A stretch of DNA of 64,000 nt from Alcanivoracaceae bacterium. Lineage in GTDB: Bacteria; Pseudomonadota; Gammaproteobacteria; Pseudomonadales; Alcanivoracaceae. The notes under the pieces were generated by a model. That model saw only the letters and a program-made list of their open reading frames with translations, did not search any database and was not told the origin of the DNA. Position numbers and translations under genes: made by a program. Every line of letters begins with the position of its first letter. Within the stretch, counting starts at the first letter, position 1. Of the stretch, positions 9,471 to 17,756 are shown in pieces. The stretch spans positions 168,123-232,122 of the forward strand of contig JARGPN010000006.1 in NCBI GenBank assembly GCA_029213045.1. The letters run 5' to 3'.

Positions 9471-12400
9471 GTGAAGCTGATGAAATGGTTCGCAGACCTG
9501 TCTGTACGCATCAAAATTCTCTGTATCGCCGGTCTCGGGATTGGCTCTTTTGTCCTGTATTTTTTATACAGCTACTCCGTAGCTGAGAGCAATATCAGAG
9601 ACTTGCAACAGATTGAGCAAAAGGACTTCGGACTGCTTGAGGCCTCCGCGCAAAATAATATCTCCTTATTTTCCGCTCGTGATGCCTTGGCTCGAGCAAT
9701 CACTTCTGGTGATACAGACGCGTTAGGCGATGCCAATCGGTTAGCCAGCCAAGCGGTGTTAAACATGGAGGCAATGACGGAGGTCGATCCGTCATTGCGT
9801 GCTGAAGTGGATGAATTAACTGAAGCATTTCGTGCCTACTTTGACGCTGGGACCACCCTTGCCAATGATCAAATCGCAGGGAAGTTGAACGATTCCAATT
9901 TTTATGATCGATTGAATGAAGTCGCGCAGCTACGTGACGAATTCGAACAGATGCAGGAAGACTTCCAAGAAGCCCGCTACCAATCTTTTTATGATCGATT
10001 AAGCACCAGCCGGAATAATACTAAAAACGCACGTTGGGTTGGCGGCGTGGTGGTGTCTTGCGCATTACTGTTGCTCTCGTTTATCACGTTGCGGGTGACG
10101 CGCAGTATCGTTAAGCCATTGGGCTATGCGGTCGAGGTCGCGGGAAATATTGCAGACGGTGACTGGGATCGCGACATCGAAGTTAAGACGCGCGATGAAA
10201 CCGGTCGTTTGCTTAATGCAATTCGTCAAATGCGCGATGCGCTTAAGTCTCAGCGTGACACAGATCAGCGTGAAGAGCGGAAAAAGAACCGTATTGCTGA
10301 TTTAAATGAGCGCATGCGTGGCGACATGAGTTTGCAGCAACTTGGCAACAACATGCTTACCTATTTGGTGCCAGCGCTAGATGCGCAAGTAGGCGCTTTT
10401 TATATTTTTGACTCGGAATCACAAAAGCTAAAACTTAGCAGCTCCTATGCCATGCAGCGTCGCCGTAATTTGGCGAATGAGTTTGCTCTGGGTGAATCAT
10501 TGGTGGGGCAGGCGGGGCTTGAGAAGAAGCAAATTATGCTACAACAAGTTCCAGAAGATTATGTTCTGATTTCCTCTGCTACGGGCTCTTCAGTCCCCAA
10601 AAGTATCGTTGTCACTCCGATTATTCACGATGATGAATTAAAAGGCATATTGGAGATAGGCGCATTTCGTGTTTTCGAGCGAGACGATATGGAGATGCTT
10701 GAAGAGGGGGTGCGCACTGTCGCAGTAGCGGTTCATACCGCCGAGAGTCGCGTGCGATTGGCGGAAATGCTGTCGCAAACACAGCAGCAGGCTGACGCAC
10801 TAGAAACGCAGAAGTCCGAGCTCAGCGCCGTCAATGATGATCTTGAAGAACAAGCGATGGAGCTGGCCGCGTCGGAATCACGCTTGCAGCAACAACAAGA
10901 AGAGCTGCGTGCGATTAACGAAGAGTTAGAAGCCCAAGCGCATGCGCTGAGAGCATCTGAGGAAGGACTTCAGGCGCAGCAAGAAGAGTTGCGTGTCACT
11001 AACGAAGAGCTTGAAGCGCAGGCTAATTTGTTGGCTGAGCAAAAGTCCGAAATGTCTCAGAAGAACAAAGAGCTGGAGCTGCTTAAGCACGAGCTGGAAG
11101 AAAAGATTAAAGAGCTGGAACTGTCGTCTAAATACAAGTCTGAATTCCTATCCACCATGTCGCATGAGCTGCGCACGCCGCTAAACAGTATTCTGATTTT
11201 GTCTAACGCGCTGGCACAAAATAAGAAGGGCAACCTTGAAGAGAAGCAGATAGAGCATGCGCAGGTTATTCACGGTGCGGGCTCTGATTTGTTATCACTG
11301 ATTAACGACATTCTCGATATTTCAAAAATTGAAGAAGGCAAAATGGATATCATCATTGATGATATTCCAGTGATTGATTTGGCGGATCATTTCCGTAAGC
11401 ACTTCGCCCACATCGCAGAGAATCGTGGCCTTTTCTTCAAAGTAGAAGTTGCCGAAGGCTTGCCTGCTAGTCTTTATACCGATCGCCAGAGAATGGAGCA
11501 GGTTCTTAAGAATCTTCTCTCGAATGCCATGAAGTTTACGGAGAATGGCGGCGTCACTCTGCGTGTGGATATGCCGTCCGCTGATGACATCCCCGGACGT
11601 ACTTTAGAGGCTGGCAAAACGATGCGCATTTCGGTAATTGATACCGGGATTGGCATCGCTAAAGACAAGCAGAAACTGGTGTTTGAAGCTTTTCAGCAGG
11701 CGGATGGTACGACTAGCCGTAAATATGGTGGCACTGGGCTCGGACTGACTATCTCTCGTGAGTTAGCGCGCTTGTTAGGCGGTGAGCTGGGGATGTCCAG
11801 TGACGGCGCCGGCTTGGGCTGTAGCTTTATGCTGTATCTGCCTATCGGCCATGTGTCGCAGGTTTATCAAGAAGAAGGCACTGATGAATCAACGCCCGCG
11901 TTAGCCTCATTTGAAGAGAGCATTGCTGCCGCCGCAAAATCGGCCGGTGTAGAGGATGGATTTGTCGTACGCGAAAAAGCCGTCCTCATTATTGAGGACG
12001 ACGGAGACTTTGCGTCGGTACTTACAGAGCTCGCGGAAGATTATGGACTCGAGGGCCATGTATGTTCAGATGGCGAAAGTGGCCTTGAGTACGCACGAAC
12101 ATATCGTCCAAGTGCAATTATTTTAGACATTGGTTTGCCTGGCATGGACGGCTGGGAGGTGATGGACAAACTGAAGGCGGATGCCCGTACGAAAGACATT
12201 CCGGTGCATTTCCTTTCTGGAAAAGATGAACGAAAGAAAGCGATGTCCTTAGGGGCAATTGATTTTCTGACTAAGCCGGTCAATACAGATCAAATGTCCA
12301 GTGCCTTCGAGAAAATCGAAAAGGCCATAGAAAAGAACGTGCGGCGCATGTTGGTCGTTGAAGACAGTGAAATTCAACACGAAAGTATTCGGGAACTGTT

Positions 12401-13145
12401 TGATCAAAAAGGTGTGCAAATCACGTCCGTGCATACCGGTGGGGAAGCACTTGTTGCACTTCGAGATCATGTCTTTGATTGCATGATCCTAGATTTAACT
12501 TTGCCAGATATGACTGGATTCGAGTTGCTTGAAAGCATTCACGGCAACGACAATTACGACTCGGTTCCGGTAATTATCTACACTGGCAAAGAACTTAGTC
12601 GTGACGAAGAAGCTAAGCTAAGAAAATACGCAGACCGTATCATCTTGAAAACAGAGCGCTCTTCCGAGCGGCTTCTGAATGAAGCATCGCTATTTTTACA
12701 CTGGTTGGAAACAACGCTGCCCAACAACAGCAAGGGCATTCAAGATGCCATCGAACATAGGGATGATGTGTTCGAAGGTAAGTCATTGTTGTTGGTTGAT
12801 GACGATATGCGAAATATTTATGCGCTGTCAGCTCAACTAGAGGAATTAGGGTTTGCCATCACCGTCGCTAACAATGGCCGCGAAGCCTTGGAAGCGCTGG
12901 ATGAAAACCCTGAGCTGGATATTGTTCTGATGGACATCATGATGCCAGAAATGGATGGCTATGAAGCGATGTCGAAAATCCGCGAACAAAGTCGTTTTCA
13001 GAAGCTTCCAATATTGGCGCTTACCGCGAAGGCGATGAAGGATGATCGCGCTAAGTGTATCGAAGCTGGCGCAAACGACTATTGCTCGAAGCCAATTGAA
13101 ATGGGCAAGCTAACATCGCTAATGCGTGTTTGGCTGCATAAATAA
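9471..13145 (+). CDS. hybrid sensor histidine kinase: TM, helical periplasmic sensor, TM, HAMP, GAF, coiled coil, HisKA, HATPase_c and three REC domains
   Basis: 1224 aa with two hydrophobic segments. Motifs seen: HAMP (IVKPLGYAVEVAGNIADGD), GAF (VGAFYIFDSESQKLKL...GILEIGAF), H-box (SHELRTPLN), G-box (GGTGLGLTISRELARLLGG) and three receivers with DD...D...K patterns. The start is GTG at 9471 or ATG at 9480. Confidence 0.9.
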   Translation: MKLMKWFADLSVRIKILCIAGLGIGSFVLYFLYSYSVAESNIRDLQQIEQKDFGLLEASAQNNISLFSARDALARAITSGDTDALGDANRLASQAVLNMEAMTEVDPSLRAEVDELTEAFRAYFDAGTTLANDQIAGKLNDSNFYDRLNEVAQLRDEFEQMQEDFQEARYQSFYDRLSTSRNNTKNARWVGGVVVSCALLLLSFITLRVTRSIVKPLGYAVEVAGNIADGDWDRDIEVKTRDETGRLLNAIRQMRDALKSQRDTDQREERKKNRIADLNERMRGDMSLQQLGNNMLTYLVPALDAQVGAFYIFDSESQKLKLSSSYAMQRRRNLANEFALGESLVGQAGLEKKQIMLQQVPEDYVLISSATGSSVPKSIVVTPIIHDDELKGILEIGAFRVFERDDMEMLEEGVRTVAVAVHTAESRVRLAEMLSQTQQQADALETQKSELSAVNDDLEEQAMELAASESRLQQQQEELRAINEELEAQAHALRASEEGLQAQQEELRVTNEELEAQANLLAEQKSEMSQKNKELELLKHELEEKIKELELSSKYKSEFLSTMSHELRTPLNSILILSNALAQNKKGNLEEKQIEHAQVIHGAGSDLLSLINDILDISKIEEGKMDIIIDDIPVIDLADHFRKHFAHIAENRGLFFKVEVAEGLPASLYTDRQRMEQVLKNLLSNAMKFTENGGVTLRVDMPSADDIPGRTLEAGKTMRISVIDTGIGIAKDKQKLVFEAFQQADGTTSRKYGGTGLGLTISRELARLLGGELGMSSDGAGLGCSFMLYLPIGHVSQVYQEEGTDESTPALASFEESIAAAAKSAGVEDGFVVREKAVLIIEDDGDFASVLTELAEDYGLEGHVCSDGESGLEYARTYRPSAIILDIGLPGMDGWEVMDKLKADARTKDIPVHFLSGKDERKKAMSLGAIDFLTKPVNTDQMSSAFEKIEKAIEKNVRRMLVVEDSEIQHESIRELFDQKGVQITSVHTGGEALVALRDHVFDCMILDLTLPDMTGFELLESIHGNDNYDSVPVIIYTGKELSRDEEAKLRKYADRIILKTERSSERLLNEASLFLHWLETTLPNNSKGIQDAIEHRDDVFEGKSLLLVDDDMRNIYALSAQLEELGFAITVANNGREALEALDENPELDIVLMDIMMPEMDGYEAMSKIREQSRFQKLPILALTAKAMKDDRAKCIEAGANDYCSKPIEMGKLTSLMRVWLHK
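10809..11144 (+). repeat. four in-register 84-nt (28-residue) coding repeats in the kinase coiled coil
   Basis: The four units are QKSELSAVNDDLEEQAMELAASESRLQQ, QQEELRAINEELEAQAHALRASEEGLQA, QQEELRVTNEELEAQANLLAEQKSEMSQ and KNKELELLKHELEEKIKELELSSKYKSE. Positions 4, 5, 11, 12, 13 and 19 are conserved. Confidence 0.7.
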
Positions 13146-13154
13146 GGTCAGCGA

Positions 13155-14012
13155 ATGCAGCAAGAGCCGGAAATTACAGACGACGACGTCAATATCGAGG
13201 AGATCGAGATCCGCCTTCTTTTAGAGGCGATTTACTCGATGTACGGATATGATTTTCGGCGCTACAGCAAAGCTTCTATTCGTCGCCGAGTGCTGCATCG
13301 TTTAGGGCTTTCTGGATTTGGCAATATTATGCAAATGACAGACAAAGTTCTGCGAGACCGGCAGTTTTTTGTCGAGCTGCTAAATGACCTTACAGTTAAT
13401 GTCACCGAAATGTTTCGTGATCCAATGTTCTATCGGCGCTTTAGGGAAGAAGTTGTACCAGTACTAAAAACGTTTCCGTTCATAAAAATTTGGCATGCGG
13501 GCTGTTCAACAGGTGAAGAGATTTACAGCATGGCCGTCTTGCTCGAAGAGGAAGGTTTATACGAGCGGACCATGATGTATGCGACAGATATTGATAAGAA
13601 TGTTCTGGCTACGGCCAAGAAGGGAATTTATTCAATTGCCGCAATTAAGCAATACAGTGATAACTATATTCAGGCCGGCGGCAAGTCCTCTCTGTCTGAT
13701 TATTACACCTGTAAGTACGAAAGCGTCATTATGGATCAGGGGTTGAAACGGAACATCGTTTTTGCAGACCACGATCTCGCAACAGATCAAGTGTTTGGTG
13801 AGATGAACGTTATCGTTTGCCGAAATGTATTGATCTATTTTGATCGTCAATTACAAGAACGTGTATTTAACCTTTTCAGAGATAGTCTTGATTTGGGCGG
13901 ATATCTTTGCCTTGGTACAAAAGAAAGCCTCAAGTTTGCTGACGCAGATCATGGCTTTGAGCCCGTAGACGCGGAAATGAAAATATTTAGACGTAAGCAG
14001 GTGTCCCTGTGA
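13155..14012 (+). CDS. CheR-type protein-glutamate O-methyltransferase
   Basis: 285 aa with a CheR N-terminal helical domain and a SAM-binding motif (IWHAGCSTGEEIYSMAVLL, VIVCRNVLIYF). It starts 9 nt after the kinase stop. Confidence 0.85.
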   Translation: MQQEPEITDDDVNIEEIEIRLLLEAIYSMYGYDFRRYSKASIRRRVLHRLGLSGFGNIMQMTDKVLRDRQFFVELLNDLTVNVTEMFRDPMFYRRFREEVVPVLKTFPFIKIWHAGCSTGEEIYSMAVLLEEEGLYERTMMYATDIDKNVLATAKKGIYSIAAIKQYSDNYIQAGGKSSLSDYYTCKYESVIMDQGLKRNIVFADHDLATDQVFGEMNVIVCRNVLIYFDRQLQERVFNLFRDSLDLGGYLCLGTKESLKFADADHGFEPVDAEMKIFRRKQVSL

Positions 14013-14485
14013 ATGATGAAGTGATTATCCAGAATGTACTTCTGGTGGATGATCAGCCCGCCAATCTAGTTTCGCTTGAGGCGATTCTAGAGGCGGACAA
14101 TCGCGTGTTGATTAAAGCGAACTCAGGGCAGGAAGGCCTAAAAGTTTTGCTTAAAGAAGATGTATCCCTTGTGCTGCTCGACGTACAGATGCCAGGCATG
14201 GATGGTTTCGAAATGGCAGAGCTAATGCGGGCGCGGAAAGACACGCAAACAATCCCGATTATCTTTGTTACCGCTATCAGCAAAGAAAAGCAGTATGTGT
14301 TTAAAGGTTATCAAGTTGGTGCAGTAGATTATTTATTTAAGCCGTTGGATCCTGTGATTCTGCAGTCAAAAGTAAATTTCTTTTTGCAGCTGGATCGCCA
14401 ACGCCGCGAGTTGCAGTTGAAATTAAAGCAAGCGCAAGCGCATCGGGCTGCATATGAAGCAGCCAAACACAAAGACAAGAAGTAA
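14009..14485 (+). CDS. stand-alone response regulator receiver with a short C-terminal helix
   Basis: 158 aa with LLVDDQPANL, LLDVQMPGMDG and YLFKP. The GTG start overlaps the CheR stop (GTGA). Confidence 0.85.
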   Translation: MNDEVIIQNVLLVDDQPANLVSLEAILEADNRVLIKANSGQEGLKVLLKEDVSLVLLDVQMPGMDGFEMAELMRARKDTQTIPIIFVTAISKEKQYVFKGYQVGAVDYLFKPLDPVILQSKVNFFLQLDRQRRELQLKLKQAQAHRAAYEAAKHKDKK

Positions 14486-14491
14486 GTTGAT

Positions 14492-15082
14492 ATGGTGACG
14501 CGCCCGCTACGCATCAAGATTGTTGTGGTTGGCGCTTCTTGGGGCGGGATAGAAGCGGCGACTCAGATTTTCTCGGCATTGCCTGAGACGTTGCCTGTTC
14601 CCGTAGTGCTGGTTCAGCACCAGCGCATTTCGGTGCACAATCGCCTCGCAAAACTGTTTGAAACGAAAGCTAAGTTAAAAGTGGTGGCGCCAGAGCAGGG
14701 CGAGCTACTTGAGTCAGGGCGCTTGTACGTAGCGCCGCCTGGCTATCACACGATGATCGATGAGGGCGGTCACATTGCACTCGGCCTACATAGGCCCGTA
14801 CTGTATTGTCGTCCCGCGATTGATGAGCTTTTTTTTTCCGCGGGCCAAATATATGGTCGCAGCACGTTGGCAGTGTTGCTGACGGGGGCAAATGAAGATG
14901 GCGCAGCAGGTATGCGCTATATAAAACAACGCGGCGGCATGACCGTCGTACAAGATCCGGCAACGGCGGAAGCGCCTGTGATGCCGGAATCTGCGATAAA
15001 AATGGGTGGGGTTCAGCACGTTGTGCCGTTGGCAAACATGGCTGATTTTATTTGTGAGCAAGTGTTCGGTCTGCAGGAATGA
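14492..15082 (+). CDS. CheB-type methylesterase catalytic domain without a receiver
   Basis: 196 aa. Candidate catalytic residues are retained (GASWGG, VLVQHQ, TGANEDGAAG). It starts 6 nt after the preceding stop and in the same frame. Confidence 0.85.
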   Translation: MVTRPLRIKIVVVGASWGGIEAATQIFSALPETLPVPVVLVQHQRISVHNRLAKLFETKAKLKVVAPEQGELLESGRLYVAPPGYHTMIDEGGHIALGLHRPVLYCRPAIDELFFSAGQIYGRSTLAVLLTGANEDGAAGMRYIKQRGGMTVVQDPATAEAPVMPESAIKMGGVQHVVPLANMADFICEQVFGLQE

Positions 15083-16224
15083 TTAAACAAAGTATTCTCA
15101 TAGTGGATGATCATCGCGAGAATCTAATAGCGCTAGAAGCGATATTGGAGGATCCGAGCCGAAATTTAATTATGGCGTCGTCAGGGAATGAGGCGTTGCA
15201 GCTAGCGCTCAAGTACGACATCTCGCTGGTCTTGCTCGACGTTCAAATGCCGGAAATGGATGGCTTTGAAGTTGCTACGCTAATGCGTAATGGCAGAAAA
15301 ACGCGAAATGTGCCTATTATTTTCGTCACCGCAATTTCAAAAGATAGCGCCTATGTTTTCAAGGGATATGAGTGTGGCGCTGTTGATTATCTCTTTAAGC
15401 CCATCGACCAACAGATTCTGACGGCGAAAGTTGAACTGTTTCTTGAAATGGATATGCAGAAACGCAAACTGCAACAAGCCGTTGTGCAGATGAAGCGCTT
15501 AAAAGATGAGAACGAGCGTTTGTTGCGCGCAATGGGTGAGTGTGTCCTCGGCACTGACGATAAAGGTATGATCACATTCTGCAACGATGCGGCGGGATAT
15601 TTGTTCGGTCAGGAGCGCGAAGCGCTGATGGGGCAGGCGGTTGATAATTTGCTGTTCCGCGATGAAGAGCAAACTCTCCGCTGGACCTTCGCCGAGTCTC
15701 CGGTGGCGGCCAATTGCAGCTCCGGTCGTTCATGGCGCAGCGCTCAGCCGATGTTTGTGCACGGTAGCGGCGATGTGAAGTCAGTATCTGTATCGGCTAA
15801 TTCCGTGAATTTGCCCGGCGAGAACTTTTCTGGCGTTGTGATGGTCGTAAGAGATATCACTGATCAGCACGAACTCTCTGCGGAGCAGTCAGCGCGAGAA
15901 GGGCGCCGGTTCTCTCGCAAGAAAATGTTCAAAGAGATGGTGTTATTTGATCGCGGTACCGGAAGCAATATTGGTCGATTACTGAACATCAGTGTCGATG
16001 GATTTAAGCTTTTTACCCGACAAGAGCTTCAAGACGGCACTAAGTTTCAGCTAAGTGTGGTATTGCCAGAGCAGATATATGGCGTCAATACTCTGAGCTT
16101 CAACGCTCGCAATGTTTGGTCTGAAGCGCAGGACGAGCCAGGCGCCTATCACGCCGGCTTCCAGTTTGTGGATCTGAGCGATACTAATAAAAATATAATT
16201 AAAGCGCTTTTGGAGAAGTACTGA
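15079..16224 (+). CDS. response regulator with REC, PAS and PilZ domains
   Basis: 381 aa. REC ([20 protein letters not shown]), PAS-like ([25 protein letters not shown]) and C-terminal PilZ motifs RRFSR (RxxxR) and NISVDG (D/NxSxxG). The ATG overlaps the CheB stop (ATGA). Confidence 0.8.
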   Translation: MIKQSILIVDDHRENLIALEAILEDPSRNLIMASSGNEALQLALKYDISLVLLDVQMPEMDGFEVATLMRNGRKTRNVPIIFVTAISKDSAYVFKGYECGAVDYLFKPIDQQILTAKVELFLEMDMQKRKLQQAVVQMKRLKDENERLLRAMGECVLGTDDKGMITFCNDAAGYLFGQEREALMGQAVDNLLFRDEEQTLRWTFAESPVAANCSSGRSWRSAQPMFVHGSGDVKSVSVSANSVNLPGENFSGVVMVVRDITDQHELSAEQSAREGRRFSRKKMFKEMVLFDRGTGSNIGRLLNISVDGFKLFTRQELQDGTKFQLSVVLPEQIYGVNTLSFNARNVWSEAQDEPGAYHAGFQFVDLSDTNKNIIKALLEKY

Positions 16225-16226
16225 TT

Positions 16227-17741
16227 ATGGAGTTGCCAGCATTAGAGCAGGACGCTGAGCTGGATCAGCATATCGTCGTAGGACCGGAGCTTTTGCCATA
16301 TGGCTTTGCTCGCAGACATGGGGTGCTGCTGCGCAAAACTGATTCAGGAAACGAGCTCTGCTTTCGCAGCCCGCTGTCTATGCAAGTCCTTGCGGAAATT
16401 CGCCGCAATTTTTCTGTATCTGGCGCGCCTAAGAATCTTAGTGACGAAGAATTTACCTCCGTGCTCGCACTGACCTATGAGCAGCAGCGCGGTGCGGCAG
16501 CAGAAGCTGCCGACAACCTTGATGGCTTAGACCTCTCATCGCTCGCTGACGCGATGCCAGAAACCTCCGACTTGCTCGAACAAGAAGATGATGCGCCGAT
16601 TATTCGTTTGATCAACGCGTTGCTGCAAGAAGCTATCCGTGAGAATGCCTCCGATATTCACATTGAAACGTTTGAGCGTCGTTTGGTCGTTCGATTGCGT
16701 GTTGATGGTGTGTTACGCGAAGTGCTAACGCCTCGTCGTGAGTTAGCGCCATTACTCGTGTCCCGCATTAAAGTGATGGCGCGTTTGGATATCGCTGAAA
16801 AACGTCTTCCGCAAGATGGTCGTATTTCTTTGCGATTAGGCGGACGTGATGTCGATGTACGTGTATCGACAATGCCATCTAGCAACGGTGAGCGAGTGGT
16901 GCTGCGTTTGCTGGATAAGCAAGCAGGGCGATTGCAGCTTTCCCATCTTGGTATGGGCGCCGATACGCACAAATTAATGTACGAACTTATTCACAAACCG
17001 CATGGCATTATTCTCGTCACTGGCCCGACCGGTTCTGGTAAAACAACCACCTTGTATGCATCGTTGGCAGATTTAAACGACGCAACGCGAAATATTCTCA
17101 CCGTCGAAGATCCTATCGAATATCAGCTAGAAGGCATTGGTCAAACGCAAGTTAGCACTAAAGTTGATATGACATTTGCCCGCGGCTTACGCGCTATTTT
17201 GCGTCAGGATCCTGACGTTGTGATGGTTGGTGAGATTCGAGATTTAGAAACCGCTGAGATTTCTGTTCAGGCCTCATTAACCGGCCACTTGGTGCTTTCA
17301 ACATTGCACACCAACAGTGCGGTTGGCGCGGTCACGCGTTTGCAAGACATGGGCATCGAGCCGTTTTTGTTATCCTCAAGTTTGCTCGGCGTATTGGCGC
17401 AGCGATTGGTGCGCGTCCTCTGCAAGGAATGTAAAGAAGCGCATCCGGCGACAGAAAGTGAGCTGGAAATGATGGGGGTGCCGAACTCAGGCAACCAAGT
17501 TTATCGTCCTGTTGGATGTAGTCACTGTAACAACTCTGGTTATCGCGGTCGTACGGGTATTTATGAATTAGTGGTAATTACCGAGACCATGCGTGAACTT
17601 ATTCATGATCGCGCTTCTGAGCAGTCACTCGATCGAGAAGCTCGTGCATTGACGCCAAATATTCGCACAGACGGTTGGCGTAAAGTCTTGGCGGGTGACA
17701 CCAGTATTGAAGAAGTGCTTCGCGTTACCCGCGAAGGCTAA
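16227..17741 (+). CDS. gspE: type II secretion ATPase GspE
   Basis: 504 aa with N1 domain [13 protein letters not shown], Walker [10 protein letters not shown], Asp box and a tetracysteine motif (CKEC...CSHC). Confidence 0.92.
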   Translation: MELPALEQDAELDQHIVVGPELLPYGFARRHGVLLRKTDSGNELCFRSPLSMQVLAEIRRNFSVSGAPKNLSDEEFTSVLALTYEQQRGAAAEAADNLDGLDLSSLADAMPETSDLLEQEDDAPIIRLINALLQEAIRENASDIHIETFERRLVVRLRVDGVLREVLTPRRELAPLLVSRIKVMARLDIAEKRLPQDGRISLRLGGRDVDVRVSTMPSSNGERVVLRLLDKQAGRLQLSHLGMGADTHKLMYELIHKPHGIILVTGPTGSGKTTTLYASLADLNDATRNILTVEDPIEYQLEGIGQTQVSTKVDMTFARGLRAILRQDPDVVMVGEIRDLETAEISVQASLTGHLVLSTLHTNSAVGAVTRLQDMGIEPFLLSSSLLGVLAQRLVRVLCKECKEAHPATESELEMMGVPNSGNQVYRPVGCSHCNNSGYRGRTGIYELVVITETMRELIHDRASEQSLDREARALTPNIRTDGWRKVLAGDTSIEEVLRVTREG

Positions 17742-17756
17742 TCAGGTTGATAGTTC

